In this document: positions 10,547 to 20,268 of the stretch, piece after piece | Position numbering within the stretch: the stretch's first letter is position 1 | Layout of the letters: each line of letters starts with the position of its first letter | Assembly: GCF_000760515.2 (NCBI RefSeq) | Contig: NW_013546567.1 | Location: forward strand, 1-47,621 | Source of the DNA: Mitosporidium daphniae | Lineage: Eukaryota | Direction of reading: 5' to 3' | Length of the DNA stretch: 47,621 bases | Made by a program: the position numbers and the translations under genes | The notes under the pieces: generated by a model | Database searches by the model: none | Told to the model about the DNA's origin: nothing | Seen by the model: only the letters and a program-made list of their open reading frames with translations

Positions 10547-11008
10547 TTAAAGTTCGGCTCCAGAAATGGCCTCGTCAAACGACGAAGGAAGTGTTCCCTT
10601 TTGCTGGAAGGATTCTGCGAGGCGCTTTAGCGAGCTTATGGAGTCTGGACCAAGTTGGTGAAGGATGTCTGGGATAAGCTCTGTCAATTCTAAAGCATAA
10701 GACTAGTATGCGCAACCTTTTTCTTGGGCATTTCCGGAAATCAAAAAGGTGTTGCATTGGATGGAGGCCTGAATGGTTGGCATCGGGATATTGATTACTT
10801 TGCCGTCATCCTTGAACATATTTACCACCTCAATCCCAGGAATCGGTTGTGCATGGAGTTTCTTCATGGTTGCCTGGATCTTTCGATCATCAGCAACGGT
10901 GGACGTGGTACTTCTTTTCGCCTTTCTGCGAGGCGTACCTTTGCCACCAAGTCGTGAAGCTGCCGCCGCGCTCTGCATCTTGGCAAGTTTGACTGCGTCT
11001 ATGGCCAT
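10547..11008 (-). CDS. EGD1: Nascent polypeptide-associated complex beta subunit (BTF3)
   Basis: KLAKMQ...[23 protein letters not shown]; intron 10690-10716 gives [18 protein letters not shown]. Confidence 0.95.
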
Positions 11009-11090
11009 TGATATAACAAAATAAAAGTGCAAGCAACCTCGTGATATTGCATAAAATTTTTTAAATTTAAAATTTGGCCGGTTTGACTCT

Positions 11091-12265
11091 ATGTCCCTAA
11101 CCCAGGAATCGCATTCTTTATTTAGTATCTTCTCATTAAGGGAGAGAGTGATACGGATTGTCAAATCGCCCTTCTTCAATGGCAAAGAGTACCGATCGCT
11201 TACTCCGCAGGTTGCATTTGATTTTCTCTTCAATGCAATGCACTTGAACCTGAATGCACTGAACTTTTTTCATATTAGAAAAAATAACGGCATGGAAATC
11301 CTAGCTTTTGATTTGAACTCAATTCCATTTATCGTCAATTCGGTCAAAGGTAAAATATATCGTTTATGTATCTAAAATCAGAGACAACAGCATATCGAGC
11401 GGTGATAGACGAATTGGAAAGGAACTTTGGAGCTCCAATTCCACCGTCTACATATCAATTGGTATCGGGAAAAATAGAAAAATTTGACAATGTCCCGTCC
11501 TTTAGGAAGCGGTGGAATGCAATATATAAAGCCAATAAGAAAACGGCTCGTATTTATCGTTTGTTTGAGGACAATGCGAGTACGCCCAGCACGTTAAAAA
11601 TGCCAAAGAGTTCGCCAAATAAACCTCAAGTGTTTGCCGCCATCGATTTTGAAAGTTCTTTTATCTTTTAATGCATGTAGCATTTGAGCACGATCATTCG
11701 CGACTAACAGAGGTCGGGATTTCCCTGTTTGATTCAATTGGAGGAGACTACAGCGGGGTCCATATTTTGATAAAGGAGACGCTTCACCTAAGAAATGGCA
11801 GATATGTGGCTGATAACAAGGATAGCTATCGATTCGGTATTTCCGTCATACTTTCCATGTCCGAAGCAAAGGCATGCATGTGGAAATGGCTTGCCAACGC
11901 AACCGCCGTCATTGGCCATGGGGTGCAGGAAGAGAGACGGTTGCTCAAAGAGCTACTGACTTCTGAACAGTTTGATCAGCTAACCCGGCAAGCCGATATG
12001 TTTGACACGCAGGTTTTGAGGTTGACTGTTGATGTTTTGTTAGGTGCTGTTTAAAGATGCGTTTCCTTGTTCGGCTAGATCTTCTCTTTCACATATACTT
12101 GACACCCTTGGAATCCAATATGCACATTTACATAATGCGGGTAATGACGCGCGATATTGTTTGATGGCTTTTCTCAGGCTACAAGGCATCTCTTTCGAGA
12201 AAGAAACTAGCGTTACCGGTGAATTGTGTAAAAATTGTGTAATTTCCAACGATTTGTCCAATTAA
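11091..12265 (+). CDS. Gfd2/QIP-family DEDDh exonuclease-like protein; start uncertain
   Basis: AIDFETFEHDHSRLTEVGIS, HLRNGRYV, VIGHG, DTQ and LHNAGNDARY motifs; introns 11350-11381, 11655-11680, 12013-12043. Confidence 0.8.
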
Positions 12266-12413
12266 ATTGAAATTCTGTACCGAGCCCAGTGCAATTTCCA
12301 TGTGCAGTAAAGCGACATTTGGCCATGCTGGTCCTTATTCATCGAAAATTTTAATATCTGCCTAATGTGCCATTCGGTACTAGTACTGGGCCATTTTGAA
12401 ATGTAAAGTTTAA

Positions 12414-13100
12414 TTAGTCGAAAAACCTGCGGGAAGGACATGGTCCAATGAAGGCCTCCTTGAGAGCAGGCAGGCTCTGTTCGGCAAGAAGTTCGAGGCG
12501 CTTTTGAAGAGTGTTATTGATCATAACACGGCCCCCTTTACATGTCGCTATGATTCCTCCAGAAGCGAGTGCCGGGAACTGAGACACAGCGCCAACTTGG
12601 ATTGTCAATTTGCACTCGGTAGATGTTTTTTCTTTGAACTCGACGATGGCGGCAGAAGATATCGCATCCACAAGGGGCTTATCCCTTTCACAACAGTAAA
12701 CTGTGATATTCCCATCACACAGCGTAAAAAGAACTTGAAGTATCAGTTTTTGTAGCAGCGTGCGATAGGAGGGCGAGGAAATGATTTTCGGAAGCTTCTC
12801 CTTTGTCGCTTCAATAACAAGATTTAATTGGTTGTCACGCTCTTGAAGAACCTTCAATCTGGCCTTGTTTTTATGCATTGCTTCGCCGACCTTGAACTGA
12901 ACTTGGGAGTGTGCCAAGCGCTTTTCAGTGGTCTTTTCGATATTGGTAGCCTCCGCCTTTACCGCTTTGGCCTTTTCAATAAAAAAGTCCTCATCCGCCT
13001 TGACTTGGATTTCCCTGTATTTTTCATAAGCCTCTTGACGGATAAATTCAACCATCTTCCTCATCTCCACTTGCACCTGATCATCGGTAAGAGGAGGCAT
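12414..13100 (-). CDS. VMA4: V-type ATPase subunit E
   Basis: LTDDQVQVEMRKMVEFIRQEAYEK...NKARLKVL...GGII...INNTLQKRLELL. Confidence 0.95.
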   Translation of the reverse strand: MPPLTDDQVQVEMRKMVEFIRQEAYEKYREIQVKADEDFFIEKAKAVKAEATNIEKTTEKRLAHSQVQFKVGEAMHKNKARLKVLQERDNQLNLVIEATKEKLPKIISSPSYRTLLQKLILQVLFTLCDGNITVYCCERDKPLVDAISSAAIVEFKEKTSTECKLTIQVGAVSQFPALASGGIIATCKGGRVMINNTLQKRLELLAEQSLPALKEAFIGPCPSRRFFD

Positions 13101-13422
13101 TGGATGGTTTAAAAATTAAAATTTAAGGTTCCTTTGCTAGCCTCATATTGGTTCTTTGTGTTCCCATTGGAGCTAATTTTCTTTGCCATCAGCTCTCATA
13201 AATGGCAATTGATCAAGCTGCCAATGTATATAAAGTTCGTGGAAACTAATGGAGCATCAAGGGTTAGCTTACGAATACGTACTTTGGAAAGTAGGGAGAT
13301 GTAGAAATTTTTGTCGATGCCCCGAATTCAGCCAAGGCTGATGTTAATAACCAAGAGAAGGAGATCCCAGTTCAATTCAGATCCGTAGGGATTAAGACCT
13401 TTTCCATTAAACTTCCACCACA

Positions 13423-13478
13423 TGTACGAAAAGCCGATTTACTCGCTAACTGCAAGAAAAGCCAATTTACTTGCTAAT
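13423..13478. repeat. Imperfect 28-bp tandem duplication
   Basis: tgtacgaaaagccgatttactcgctaac / tgcaagaaaagccaatttacttgctaat. Confidence 0.75.
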
Positions 13479-13543
13479 TTCACAAAAATATTGGTTTGAT
13501 TCGTAATAAGTGTCTTTTTATTTATATGATATTGTTAGCTGGA

Positions 13544-13769
13544 TCAAAGCACATGGGGCTTGAGAAACTCAAATAACGCTACATAAATTTAAAGCCGGCA
13601 TGATTTACCTGAACCAACGACCACAAATAGGAAGAAGATTGTGAGACCAATTCCAACATTATATCCCTTGGATTTGTCCCTCTATATGAATCAAATGAAA
13701 ACAGTCTCTTACTTTTTGATGGGCTTTCTTTGGTTTTCCTGCTGGGGTTTTCATTGTTGATTTGAGCAT
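13544..13769 (-). CDS. RAMP4/SERP1/Ysy6 tail-anchored translocon-associated protein
   Basis: Introns 13682-13712 and 13579-13608 give ...KGYNVGIGLTIFFLFVVVGSALFEFLK, the RAMP4 signature; absent from ORF track. Confidence 0.85.
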
Positions 13770-13981
13770 GTTGAGGCTAGTTGGGACTTTTGGATGTTTT
13801 TTAAAGTTGCAAATTTGATTAAATGCTTTAAAATCACCAATTTATCACACATAAACAACTGATAATTTAGAAATCTAAAAGCCCGAGGAATAATTACTCA
13901 AAAGGATAGCATGCTCTTTTCCTTGGTACACCCTTAATCAGAAAATCGACACTGAAAAAATAGGGTAAAATTGGCAGAAAT

Positions 13982-14519
13982 TTATTTATCAGAAAGGACT
14001 CCCAGATATGCAATGGCAATAAAGGATATTCCAACCGAGGCAATATAATTACTAGGATCAAAATAAAGTTGGCTTACTAGGTTGCATTGAGATGCAGAAA
14101 GGGCCCATTTGATAAAAAGTGGAAAAGTGGCACGAAAATTAGATTCAATACAAAAATGGAATATGACAATGCCTGTTTTTCCAGCTCGGATTCAAGCATG
14201 CTCGTTTGCTTTTTAGAAGAGGCCGCGGTTGCGGTGCCATCAACAATAGCTACCGCTGTTAATCTAGCCATAAAAACAATCAAAACGGTACTTTTTTAAT
14301 TTTGATGCCGAGGCCATCTCGAGAAACTGCTTATATATAAACGTGAAAAGCAAATATAGCCCCACATGCAGGAAAAGATTGGTGGAAGATTTCTTTATAA
14401 AGACGAATACAACTAACAAAATAAGCATTTTTAAAGAAGGGCATACATAATGGGATCAAATTAACGATAAATGACGCAGGAAAAATAATCCGTGAAGAAA
14501 AGTTGCCAGTTGATGCCAT
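13982..14519 (-). CDS. Translocon-associated protein gamma (TRAP-gamma/SSR3)-like
   Basis: Introns 14413-14446, 14264-14291, 14052-14077 give a four-TM protein with FIVNLIPLFVF and QALSYSIFVLNLIF...LNATYNYIASVGIS, resembling SSR3 FIVSAIPIWLY and EATTFSIFYNNTLF...FNPTVNYILSISAS. Confidence 0.68.
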
Positions 14520-14735
14520 GATGATCAATAAATTTGTAAAATTAAAGGGAAGATTTGTGATACAAACCCAAATTTAAATTGAAGTAAATGTGCAAACCCC
14601 GCTTCAATGTAATATGTGCACGCAGATGGGTTTGGCTTATTAGTCCATTGCTAGCGATGATAACCTATTGGGCGTACATCAGATATTATTACAAGCAGGT
14701 AATAAAATACGGATCCATATCCAAAAGATTTAATT

Positions 14736-16010
14736 TTAAATTTCACCCATATTCAGGGCAGACGCATAAAGTAGGTACTTCAATCCAAAGGACATAAATG
14801 TGCCTGTAAGGAAGCCTAACGATTGGATTCCCACCATCCATGTTGTCACGCGCTTTCTACTTTTTGCAGACTCGAATGAGGGGGGAATTTTCATCAACAT
14901 CACTGTGGTGATAGAGCCTGAAGAGCATCCGAAAAGAAAGATCAGCACAAAATAAAGGAAATCAGATGCGTACAGAGAAGGGAGCATGGAAAACTTCAAA
15001 TTTGGGCTCAAAATCGGAGAAATATTGCCAGATAGCAAAAGACCAACCAAAAAAAACCTGAAAATAGCAATAGAGCTCCAGAAAGAGGTGGGTATATTAG
15101 AGAAAAACCTCCATTTTAGCGCAAGCCGTCCTGCAAAATCAAAAATAGACATGATGAAAAGGCAAAAGAGCGGGAAAACTTGTTCGCTCACCAAAATATT
15201 TTGGGACGGGGAGGATGATGCGGTCAAATAAAGAATGTTGGGGACGACCAATGCAATTTGAAAAGATACAATAAACAGGCAGAAAAATTTCCACCAAACT
15301 TTACCCAGGAGAGATTTGAGCGGAACGTCATCTGCTTTTGAATAGGCCGCTATTGATGACGAATTTTCAGCTTGATCTTTGGCCTGCTTTTTCGAGTTGG
15401 AAAGACGTTCTACGCTATTGCGTATGTAATAAAACGAAATCGTTGCCAATGTGCAGACAATAGTGGCCAAGATAAAGTAAAACGACGCATCTGAGTGTGA
15501 GGGGGAGCCCGGAGTTCTTGGGAAAAGTAGAGCAGAACCCAGTCGCATTCCAGAGGTAAGTACAGATGCAACTCCAAACCCAATGGACATCATTCGCACG
15601 TATGAGTTTGAGGGCAGATCTGAAATAAATCTGAACACGCCCAAATATGCGGTGAGCGCAAAAAACGAAGATGCGCCAGAAACTATTATGCTGATGGTCA
15701 TAAATAGAGGCACCGATGGGATATCAACAATGGAAAGCAGGAACAGCAAGACGAAGCAAATCACGGTTCCAATAGAGGATGAAATGACAAGAGAAAACGG
15801 GGACATTAGTGTATGGAGATACGAAGAAACAAAAAGCATGAAAAATCTAACTGAGACGAAGGTCATGATGAGATAATCGAAGATAAACCTAGAAGTTGAG
15901 CCGCTCTTTGAAGCGAAAAAATGACAGGTTCCCATTAGCGAGTTCCACGAAAACAGCAAAGAAAATGCATTAAGAAACAGTGTCCAGTGGACCAAGCGGG
16001 AATCTGACAT
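14736..16010 (-). CDS. Equilibrative nucleoside transporter (ENT/Fun26 family)
   Basis: 424 aa, about 11 TM; LLFSWN, SIGFGVASV, FDFAGR and FGCSSG motifs. Confidence 0.85.
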   Translation of the reverse strand: MSDSRLVHWTLFLNAFSLLFSWNSLMGTCHFFASKSGSTSRFIFDYLIMTFVSVRFFMLFVSSYLHTLMSPFSLVISSSIGTVICFVLLFLLSIVDIPSVPLFMTISIIVSGASSFFALTAYLGVFRFISDLPSNSYVRMMSIGFGVASVLTSGMRLGSALLFPRTPGSPSHSDASFYFILATIVCTLATISFYYIRNSVERLSNSKKQAKDQAENSSSIAAYSKADDVPLKSLLGKVWWKFFCLFIVSFQIALVVPNILYLTASSSPSQNILVSEQVFPLFCLFIMSIFDFAGRLALKWRFFSNIPTSFWSSIAIFRFFLVGLLLSGNISPILSPNLKFSMLPSLYASDFLYFVLIFLFGCSSGSITTVMLMKIPPSFESAKSRKRVTTWMVGIQSLGFLTGTFMSFGLKYLLYASALNMGEI

Positions 16011-16291
16011 AAAAAAAGCTTGTAAGATATATGAAGTTTATTAATAAACATGTTAAATGCTTGATGTGTTTCATTGGAGCGAAAGGCTTTGCACCCTCAG
16101 TTTTAATGGCTAACTAAAATGACAGCCCCTCAACTCAACGTTAAGTTGAAAAGTCCATCAAAACATTTTAAAATTAAATATTAAAAGTCAAATGAATTTA
16201 TAAACACAGAAAATTTGATCAATTGGATTGGATGGGGAAATACCTTGCCCATGTAAGTTAAAGATTGAAATTCACGGTTAAGGTCCGCTAT

Positions 16292-16872
16292 CTAGCTTTG
16301 AGATGGAAATCGAGATTTATATGCCAGCCATCGGAGTATTAAAAGCAAAAATTCTAGCTGATTTTCGGGGAACAATGAGGGTTCCTCGCCTGTGGTCACC
16401 GTATGATTTTCAGACAAATTTTCCACAAAATGTTGGGCCTCTGCATGTTTCTCTTGAGTTTCCTTTTGATTAGAGTTTGAACGATTTAGATTTACTTCGG
16501 GATGTTCAGAGCTCGGAGTTTCAAGCGGGGCTTCCTCATCCAACATTTCAGGACCGCCTGTTTTTAGAATTTTTTTTTTATATGCTTCTTTCCGTTCTTT
16601 AATCCACTCTTCTATTTCTTCAGGCCTTTTAATAAAGACTTGAAAGATTACCTGTATATTGCTGCCGTGCCTTTCGATGGTGTGCATGCTAAGCTCTTGC
16701 TTTTGAGCTTCTTTCTCGCAGGTGCCTGCTGACAAACGGCATGGTGGCTCTCGTCAAAGTCATAAGTCAACAGAGGTCTCTTTCTATCACAGGAGGGACA
16801 CTGCGTTGCATGTATTTGTTGTGATTGGACCATAAGACCCCTACATGCGGGACACGTGGCCACCTTGGACAT
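16292..16872 (-). CDS. NUFIP1/Rsa1-like protein with N-terminal Cys motifs
   Basis: Intron 16626-16651 joins a CPAC/CPSC exon to RPEEIEEWIKERKEAY (NUFIP1 PEEIxxWxxERKK motif); C-terminal LLLILRWL helix. Confidence 0.6.
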
Positions 16873-17036
16873 ATATTAATTTCTATCTTTAAAATTAATT
16901 CAATTTGCCTACATTTATGACTTAAATTGCCATATTGGATGCCTATTGGCCTACATATAAAGTCCAAGGAACCAATAGATTTCAAGCGATGAATTCCCTC
17001 TATAAATTCAGATTAGATTACAAATTTTTTATAGCG

Positions 17037-17225
17037 ATGGAAAAAATACAGCAGGCTCTTTCCGAATACTCCGATTATGTTCTCCCTGGGCTATTGGTCC
17101 TTTTACTTCTGATGGTCCTTGCAACCATACGATGCAAATGTTGCAAAACAAAGTGTTGTACAAAATCGACAGATTGCAGAAAAGATTCTTCTTGCCAACC
17201 AAATGGAGGAAAAAAAACCGAGTAA
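17037..17225 (+). CDS. Small single-pass membrane protein with Cys-rich tail
   Basis: 62 aa: TM VLPGLLVLLLLMVLATI then RCKCCKTKCC; flanked by AT-rich initiator and aataaa. Confidence 0.55.
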   Translation: MEKIQQALSEYSDYVLPGLLVLLLLMVLATIRCKCCKTKCCTKSTDCRKDSSCQPNGGKKTE

Positions 17226-17290
17226 CTTCAATTGAATAAATAAATTTGGATAAACTAGCTAAAGAGGAGATAAATCTGCGCAAAGTTATA

Positions 17291-18347
17291 CTAAGGGTAA
17301 TGGGCACCATTTGGGGAAGAGATATATCTTCCCAGCAGAGACATCGGCGTCCATAATTCAACGCTGTGCGCCAATTTGAACGAGTCGGTTATCTTCTGGA
17401 TGGAATCAATCAAATCAAAAACAGAGTTTAGCTTTGAATCGACGAATGTACAAAAGTTTTCTTCAATGATCACGGAAAACGAGGAAATTATCCAGTTTAC
17501 AAAATCAACTTCATATAACGTCAGCACCAATGGAGGCCTAAACTGTCCATTTAAATGCGGGTACATTCGATTTAGTTCTTCCTTTGTTTCCTCGATAAGG
17601 GTTTCAATATCTAAATCGCTGGATACTTGAAGACTTGGATCAATAAATTTTGGTTCATAAGATGCCCTTTTAGCGGAAAAATAGCCGACTTCCTTGTTGT
17701 AAAACGAAGTAACGCCATCAATATTGCACTCAGAGAGGGGATTTGAAAATAAAATGGCAAATTCGTGTATCGTTCCAACCAGTATGTCTATTTATAAAAC
17801 AAGAATGGGAACTTGCTTTGGAAATGCGGCGATATGTCCGCTTTTGACGAGATTGCTCGAAGTGCGGCCAAAAGGGACTCGAAAGACTCAGTGGAAAGAA
17901 ATACGTTCCAAGAATTGATGTCTCTTTTGTATTTCTTGCCTTCTATTGAATGCTTCTGCAAAAGAGAATTGTTGGAGGCCTGTAGACACAAAACTTCAGC
18001 CTTCAACGAAAAGATCTCTGATTGGAGCTGCTCGGTCAGCTTTTTTTTCTCAGCTTCATGCGTTTTATTAATGCTAATTGAGTGAATGCGAAGCTGGTCG
18101 TTTTCGTCATGAAGCTATTGGTTATTAAAAAGCTCCCAAGTACTTTGGAAAGGTGTTCCCTCAGAATTTTATTCTCACCCACCAGGCGAAAAGACATGTC
18201 CTTGTTAGCAGGACAATTATTCTTATCGTCAAGGCTAGGATTGCTGTCGGCATTAGCAATGGAGCGGTCGATGTTCTGAAACTCTTCAATCGAAAGCGAC
18301 CCGAAAAATGCATCGTCATCCTCAAAGGGGTCCACCACATTCTTCAT
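17291..18347 (-). CDS. Coiled-coil protein, possibly ATRIP/Rad26/Lcd1-like
   Basis: Acidic DPFEDDD N-terminus then GENKILREHL coiled coil; introns 18115-18143 and 17788-17816 (GC-AG) give a continuous ORF; 3' end uncertain. Confidence 0.5.
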
Positions 18348-18352
18348 TCGAC

Positions 18353-18368
18353 AAATTTTATAAAATTT
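18353..18368. promoter_or_regulatory. Palindromic AT-rich element between divergent start codons
   Basis: aaattttataaaattt is a perfect 16-bp palindrome inside the 30-nt gap between ATGs at 18347 and 18378. Confidence 0.55.
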
Positions 18369-18377
18369 AAGCTTCCA

Positions 18378-20114
18378 ATGCCGCGAGAATTGATCACCAT
18401 ACAGGCTGGCCAATGCGGAAATCAAGGAACGCTAACGGTTTTCATAATCTTTAGTTGGCTTAGAATATTGGAAGCAACTTGCGTTTGAGCATGGAATCAA
18501 TGCAGATGGTACTCTTTGCACAGAGTCTCCTGTTGTCTCTTCCTCCCAGACCACAACATCCCCATTTGCCTCCCCAAATGTCGTAGATAGAAAGGATATA
18601 TTTTTTTATCAAGTAAAACGGATTTTTAATTGCAGGCTGACGATGAGCATTTCATCCCGAGATCTGTGTTGATCGATTTGGAGCCAAGGGTAGGTTGAAG
18701 CTATTAAGTCAAATAGGTCATCAATTCGATATTGGCATCTTCGCACGGACGCTTGTTTAATCCAGAAAACATATTCATGAGCACTGAAGGTGGAGGTGCT
18801 GGGAATAACTGGGCCTTTGGATACTCTGAGGGTGTCCGTGTCAAAGACGAACTGCTGGAAATGCTTGACAGGGAAGCCGAGTCTAGCGATTCGTTGGAGG
18901 TAGCGTTGTGCTAAAGAATTTCATATCCTTCATCCTGCATCCTCAACCCTCAACCACATTTTCAATGTAAATGCTCTTACTTATAGGGATTTGTTTTGGT
19001 GCATTCTATTGCCGGCGGCACGGGCTCTGGCCTTGGCTCTTGTCTGCTGGAGCAGTTAAATGAATTCTACCCTAAAAAGGTGATTCAGACATATTCTGTA
19101 TTTCCAAATTCAGAAGAGGTACTGCTTCATTGGCTCAATGTAGGTCTCCGACATTGTCGTGCAGCCCTACAATTCATTGCTCTCTTTGAAGAGGCTGTGC
19201 AACCTAACGGACTCCGTGGTAGATTGTTGTTTGTCGATTTTAGATCGTCTTTGATAATGCGGCACTAACGAGAATAGCCTCTGATCGCCTTCGCATTTTG
19301 GACCCCTCTTTTCTTCAGACAAACCAATTGGTATCTTCATATCAATGAGATTTATAATAGCTGGCAACCGTCATGGCTGCGAGTAGTGCTACACTTCGCT
19401 TTCCCGGGCCAATGTACAATGACCTCGGTTCGATTTTGTCATCCCTGATACCGCTTCCAAAGTGCCATTTCCTTTCGACCTCGTATACTCCCTTTTATTC
19501 TGAAAATGTAATGCTAACCCAAAAATTCACTGTTTTAGAGCAGGATACCAGCGACCACCAATTCCAAGACCTCCATTCACGATGTTCTTCGTCGTTTATT
19601 ACAGCCCAAGAATAGCATGATGAGCTATTCATCTACCGCAGCCAATGGGAATCTATATCTTTCTGCCCTTGCCGTTCTTAGAGGAAATAGGGTAGATACA
19701 GGTCAGGTCTTTAAGTCGCTTCTTCGAGTGAAAGAGCGCGAACTGATCAAGTTTGCCGAATGGACGCCTACCACGCTACAAGTGGCGCTTTCTAACCAAA
19801 ACTTTTCATCCATCCTTTCCGGATTACTTCTTGCGAATAATACAGGAGTGGCCAGCGTCTTTCAACGGACAATTGACCAGTATGACAGGCTTCGAAAAAG
19901 AAATGCCTTCCTCGATATCTATAAACGCGAAAAGTCGTTCTGTGATATTTTGGACGAGGAATTCGACAGTTCCAGGGAAACCATCCAATCGACAATCAAT
20001 GAATACAAGGCTGCCGAGAGTGTCAATTATCTCCAGTCACTAAATGGAACAGCAATCGAGTCCAGCAATGCGTCAGATATACAAGCCCCAAATACTTCTA
20101 TCATTTGTCCTTAA
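18378..20114 (+). CDS. TUBG1: Gamma-tubulin
   Basis: [40 protein letters not shown]; introns 18427-18454 (GA-AG), 18613-18635, 18690-18716, 18900-18986, 19119-19143, 19219-19243, 19331-19360, 19508-19538. Confidence 0.96.
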
Positions 20115-20268
20115 TAAAGAGGTTCGGTCCCCCAATAAAGCCTTTTCTACTCGGGAGCACGCTGCATTTGAAATTTCACACATCAGCGAATTAGGCCCAA
20201 GCTCATCCTTATTGCAATTGCTTTTCTCTACTAGGTTTAATTATATTACATTCGAGGGCGGAAAAAAA

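Noticed and set aside
18900..18986. 87-nt gamma-tubulin intron as possible ncRNA host
   Set aside because: Only short catcct/cctcaa repeats; no boxes or stem seen.
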